This document shows positions 61,001-64,000 of a DNA stretch of 64,000 nt, piece by piece. How positions within the stretch are numbered: position 1 is the first letter of the stretch; every line of letters begins with the position of its first letter. Both the position numbers and the translations under genes were made by a program. Source of the DNA: Macrostomum lignano (lineage: Eukaryota); NCBI GenBank assembly GCA_002269645.1, contig NIVC01003573.1:26544-90543 (forward strand), in the 5' to 3' direction. Below the pieces are notes generated by a model. That model did no database searches. It worked only from the letters and a program-made list of their open reading frames with translations, and was not told the origin of the DNA.

Positions 61001-63999
61001 GAGGAGCCGGATAGAGAGCGTGTTTCACCTGTAGTTAATTTTTTATCAGTATATTTTCCGGCAGAGCTGGGCTTTGATGAAACGTTTCTCCGTGCCGTTT
61101 CCACCTCAGATGAATCAGATAATTCATTTGACTTGGTTGTGGCCTCCCGAATTGCCTTGCTTTGTTCTGAACTCACACTGTTGTCTTCTGCTGCTTCGGA
61201 AGTTTCAGAAATGGAAGATCTTCCTGACTGTTGAGTGTCTTCGACTAGCTCAGATGAATCAGATTGAGACTTATTTTGCTTCCTTCTTGAACTTGTTCCA
61301 GCGACCTTTTGTGGTACTTTTTCAGGCGCAGTTTTTCTCTCATCGTCATCAGATGAGTTAACAGATTCATGTGGTGTTGCTTCGTAAATCACGTTTCTCT
61401 GTGCTGGCTTCACACCACTCTCGTCTTTAGGCCTATATTGTTCTGAAAGCGGCAATCGTTCCGACTGTTTAGCTTCATTTGCGTATTCTGAAGCTTCTGG
61501 TGAATCTGACACCAAGATTCCGGGATTTTCGGCTTCTTCTGATGCATTTGACGCTTTGTCCGAAGTCGTTTTCATCTTATCACTATCAGACGAATTAGAT
61601 GAGCTAGACCGAGAACGTATGGGCTTCCTATTAGACTTTGTGCTACTGACTTCTCCAGATGCATCGGATCTTGCTGGTACTTTGCTAATCGTTTCTTTCA
61701 CCTCATCATCAGATTTAGCCTGAGATGGCTCTGAAAGCGGCGATCGTACTGTCAGTTTAGCTTCGTTCGCTTGTTCTGTTGCTTCTGACGAATCTGACAC
61801 CGAGTTGCTCGGGCTTTTTCGTGGCTTGTTGCCTCCAACCTCTTCTGATGTATTAGGTCTTAATGACGCTTTTTCCGGAGCCTTTTTCATCTTGCCACTA
61901 TCAGACGATGGTTCTTTTACAGTGGAATCTTGACCCACTTTGCGTTTTGCTGGCTGGATATCATTTTCGGTTTCCACAGATGCATTAGACAATGAAGAAT
62001 TTGAATCTCTGGTGTCTTCGGCTTTATCGGATGCTTCTGTTGAGCCAGACAGCGAATGTCTGGGTTCCCTTCTGGACTTTGTGTTAGCGACTTTTCCAGA
62101 TGCGTCGGATCTTATTACTGGCACTTTGTTACGTGTCCTTTTCACCTCATAGTCATCAGTTGAGTCCGATGATTCCTTAGTTTTTGAGTCTTGAGTCATC
62201 TTTTGCAATTTTTCAGGGTCCTCCGTTGCTTCAGATGAAGTCGTTGACTCCTCAATATCTTTAATTTGCTCGGATTCTGCTGGTGAATCGATTAGAGGAT
62301 GCTTCTGCTTCCTTCTTGTCTTTTGATCACGGACTTTCTCCAATATATCGGAATTTTCCAGCTCTTTGTTCAGAGTCGTATCGACATCATTGCTATCAAA
62401 TGAGTCAGGTGATTGTTTTGGTGTCGATTCCTGAATCATCTCGTCTGTTTCCGGTTTCATATATTCGTCTGTTGGCTCGGGTGCTTCAACTTGTTCCGGT
62501 GATTCTAGGGAACGTCTTTGCTTTGTTTCTGGTTTCTTATCGTTGACTTTTGCTAATGCACCAGGTCGTAAGGATTCTTTGGTTGGCACCACTTCAGCCT
62601 TATCTTCTGATGAATTTTTTTGAGCGACATTGCGTTGTGCGGGCTTCATTTCACTGTTCGTTGTTTCATCGGGTGCCTGAGAAAATAGAGACCTTTCTGA
62701 TTGTTCAAACTGATTTGTTTGTTCGGATGTTTCTGACGAATCTGATTGAGAATCCATGTATCTCTTCTTTGACTTTTCATTGCTGACCTCATCTGATGCA
62801 TCAGAGCTTACTGGAAATTTTCTAGGCGTCTCCATCTTATTGGCATCCGTGGATCCAGTTGATTCTTTTGGTGCAGATTCCTTTTGGTGTGATTGCTTTA
62901 CGTCATTATCCTCTGCCGTTTTTCTGTCCTTTGAAATTTGAGATTTTGGCTGTGGTCTGTTCCGTTTTAATTTCTGGTCGGCAGCTTCCTCAGATGAACT
63001 TTCTGACCCAGAGTCCTTGCTTTCTTGTCTAGAGACTTCTTGTTTTGCAGTCTCATCAGCAAGCTCTCCAGCAAGTCCCATTGATCTTGTTAGTCCAGTG
63101 TCGCTAGCACTTCCACCTGGTGACTCAAATTCTAAACTGCTATGATGCATATTTTTGTGCACTGTCTCGTTGTCTTCTAATTTTTTAGTCGAACGGGAAA
63201 TCGAAGCATTTTGCGGCTGTTTCTTCTCTTCATGTGTTGGGATTTCGCTTTCAAAATTTTCAGATGAATCTGACGAATCTATTTCCTGCGCACTGGAAGC
63301 TTTCTTAGAATCCGCATCAGGGACAATACCGGATGCATTTGGTCTTCTTATCATGGCTTTACTTGCACTGCTGTCCGATGAATTGACATCGTGAGGCTCT
63401 TGACATTCTCTTGGCTTTACATCCCAAGTTTCTTCAGACGAATCCGATGAGCCACTGTGCGAGCGTGTCTCTCCAGTTTGGCAATCTTTCTTAAACTGTT
63501 TGCCTCTAGCTTTTTCTTCTTCAGAAGACGAAGTGGCCTCGTCTGATGATGGGCGCTTAGGAGTTCTAGTTCTTTTCTGCTTAGAAGCGGTCACAAAAGA
63601 TTCTGTAGGCTCTTTATTGGATCTTTTAACCCCATCCTTTTCATTTTCAACAGATGCTATTTCATCGAAATCCTCATCGATATCATTGTCAGTCGCTGTC
63701 CCAGCTAGTAGCTGTTCCACGAGCATGTCGGTATCAGTGTGGCTACTGTCAACTTCTGCCATCATCTCCCTTGTGGCTTTGGCGCATGAAGAATCGGTGT
63801 CGGATTGCTCACTGTAAAGATTTCGAGGCTCTTCCTGAGTAGTAAGATTTTTCTGCCCCTCTGAAACATTTGGAGCTTTCGCTGCGATCGCTGCCTCTTC
63901 AGAAGCAATAACTTCTACAATTTCTTCAGAGTCTAAGCGCCCAAACTGCCTAGCTTCTTTTTCATCTGTGTTCCGATAGTTCTCACTAGCGACATCTTG
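58066..63999 (-). CDS. Giant exon (>=1977 codons, open to the window edge) of an S/E/K/D-rich intrinsically disordered protein
   Basis: The 1899-aa ORF stays open upstream to 63999; a possible donor T|GTAAGT at 58085 may cut the exon short just before the stop; no folded domain recognised. Confidence 0.85.
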   Translation of the reverse strand, partial: QDVASENYRNTDEKEARQFGRLDSEEIVEVIASEEAAIAAKAPNVSEGQKNLTTQEEPRNLYSEQSDTDSSCAKATREMMAEVDSSHTDTDMLVEQLLAGTATDNDIDEDFDEIASVENEKDGVKRSNKEPTESFVTASKQKRTRTPKRPSSDEATSSSEEEKARGKQFKKDCQTGETRSHSGSSDSSEETWDVKPRECQEPHDVNSSDSSASKAMIRRPNASGIVPDADSKKASSAQEIDSSDSSENFESEIPTHEEKKQPQNASISRSTKKLEDNETVHKNMHHSSLEFESPGGSASDTGLTRSMGLAGELADETAKQEVSRQESKDSGSESSSEEAADQKLKRNRPQPKSQISKDRKTAEDNDVKQSHQKESAPKESTGSTDANKMETPRKFPVSSDASDEVSNEKSKKRYMDSQSDSSETSEQTNQFEQSERSLFSQAPDETTNSEMKPAQRNVAQKNSSEDKAEVVPTKESLRPGALAKVNDKKPETKQRRSLESPEQVEAPEPTDEYMKPETDEMIQESTPKQSPDSFDSNDVDTTLNKELENSDILEKVRDQKTRRKQKHPLIDSPAESEQIKDIEESTTSSEATEDPEKLQKMTQDSKTKESSDSTDDYEVKRTRNKVPVIRSDASGKVANTKSRREPRHSLSGSTEASDKAEDTRDSNSSLSNASVETENDIQPAKRKVGQDSTVKEPSSDSGKMKKAPEKASLRPNTSEEVGGNKPRKSPSNSVSDSSEATEQANEAKLTVRSPLSEPSQAKSDDEVKETISKVPARSDASGEVSSTKSNRKPIRSRSSSSNSSDSDKMKTTSDKASNASEEAENPGILVSDSPEASEYANEAKQSERLPLSEQYRPKDESGVKPAQRNVIYEATPHESVNSSDDDERKTAPEKVPQKVAGTSSRRKQNKSQSDSSELVEDTQQSGRSSISETSEAAEDNSVSSEQSKAIREATTKSNELSDSSEVETARRNVSSKPSSAGKYTDKKLTTGETRSLSGSSEASEQVNEDKKASKTIEDPNVKLRKQGAALGPNESTRARSHSDSSTVSEETVEKVEIQLKESRKQVFKPSKTAKDRQIAESSDDEEVLRLNQNLQKVDSRSSSSDSNEKIKEKRPSRFQKQFRTSSMSETSEATESSEMKPRQREMSNSPTESSELALKEETRGKTKKLDERNESSANELSDTSINKYAKPKRLEAQQSSPDRSSITGGETPEEVRAAASLLENYRQEERSSSESSESLEQRRDGNMWEQEATEMLKQETDRKTRSTSSSKITPLKDLTDKRGKEYQSDDSKDSLSQSSENLEIVSTKRRSEDPKKRRSVSNESQANDRLNKKSFSNDSDQESDSTITAAENIETKATKSSGHGNEVDEYSNEDSIMSSVQTSPRSGVRGARSVPDLRLLKSDESSLSSDVDRQLQEFNSLVSKSASQKFDSLDHQTLLGDSLALRHRSSSESEVISERMLAKAQDPEEEKELTIVVSERRKREIAKSLPSIALLSSRRASNQSHTTIDSMVLQQSSLHEADFDRQRNNSASDSTSTTSTSERSTVKISIKDWRNRLASSKSLPSVLAMSNDGAEPNVRRTVRQSHKKQVPRDSTVAKNQNESVQGGSSSIAPTQTPVRASAQGGAVSGSSKQPKEFSSGSDNEDVYGTPSRRQLILALRSSKEKGLAEQHPGSSDSEGQEKTTATSRRRDPTAESPRRPPLPVMRPARDVSVKKQPNQPIRSVSPVKKRRRTSSQNAGKPPKRGDSDDSEDVQRRRAEDAKIHHALIDEARRQARKKALNENEGDSLAESTSIESDSEFSEVRPVQHQTDAAAPVATSRGRANPTALAERPGIKKDAIEREEQKPNRLEKKSISTTPTNSTPPTIVVRRPRSESLSMEAEPELRFTSSSLGRSKSINLRLDSSYETLYDGNPIEIEAGNNQNDGQESEEADSSSLYEPPPRMLGLEMGDFEYPAKISPDHQLQLTLSKTFCKLRKK

Positions 64000-64000
64000 A

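Overview
Repeat-rich animal genomic DNA. The satellite-packed introns and TTAGGG repeats are compatible with a flatworm such as Macrostomum, but that assignment is inference only. Bases 1-34571 hold seven exons of a + strand Ig/FN3 single-pass cell-adhesion gene (echinoid/nephrin-like), with a different tandem repeat in each intron. Its 26-kb intron contains a young Penelope-like retroelement (PLE, 13592-19585) with 1053-bp pseudo-LTRs, each carrying a minimal hammerhead ribozyme. Unlike canonical single-ORF PLEs, it has a long upstream ORF encoding an apparently intact AlkB-family 2OG-Fe(II) dioxygenase. That ORF ends at a correctly phased U-UUA-AAC slippery heptamer leading in the -1 frame into the RT/GIY-YIG ORF, which suggests a frameshift-controlled AlkB-RT-endonuclease fusion. 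The insertion is flanked by a ~3.1-kb duplication of host sequence that begins at a 9-nt microhomology in a (CT)n tract. The rest of the window has large satellites, several MITEs (two nested), a secreted Cys-rich/mucin-like ORF, a DAZAP2 homolog exon and a giant (>5.9 kb) exon encoding a disordered protein. All alignments and splice models were done by eye.
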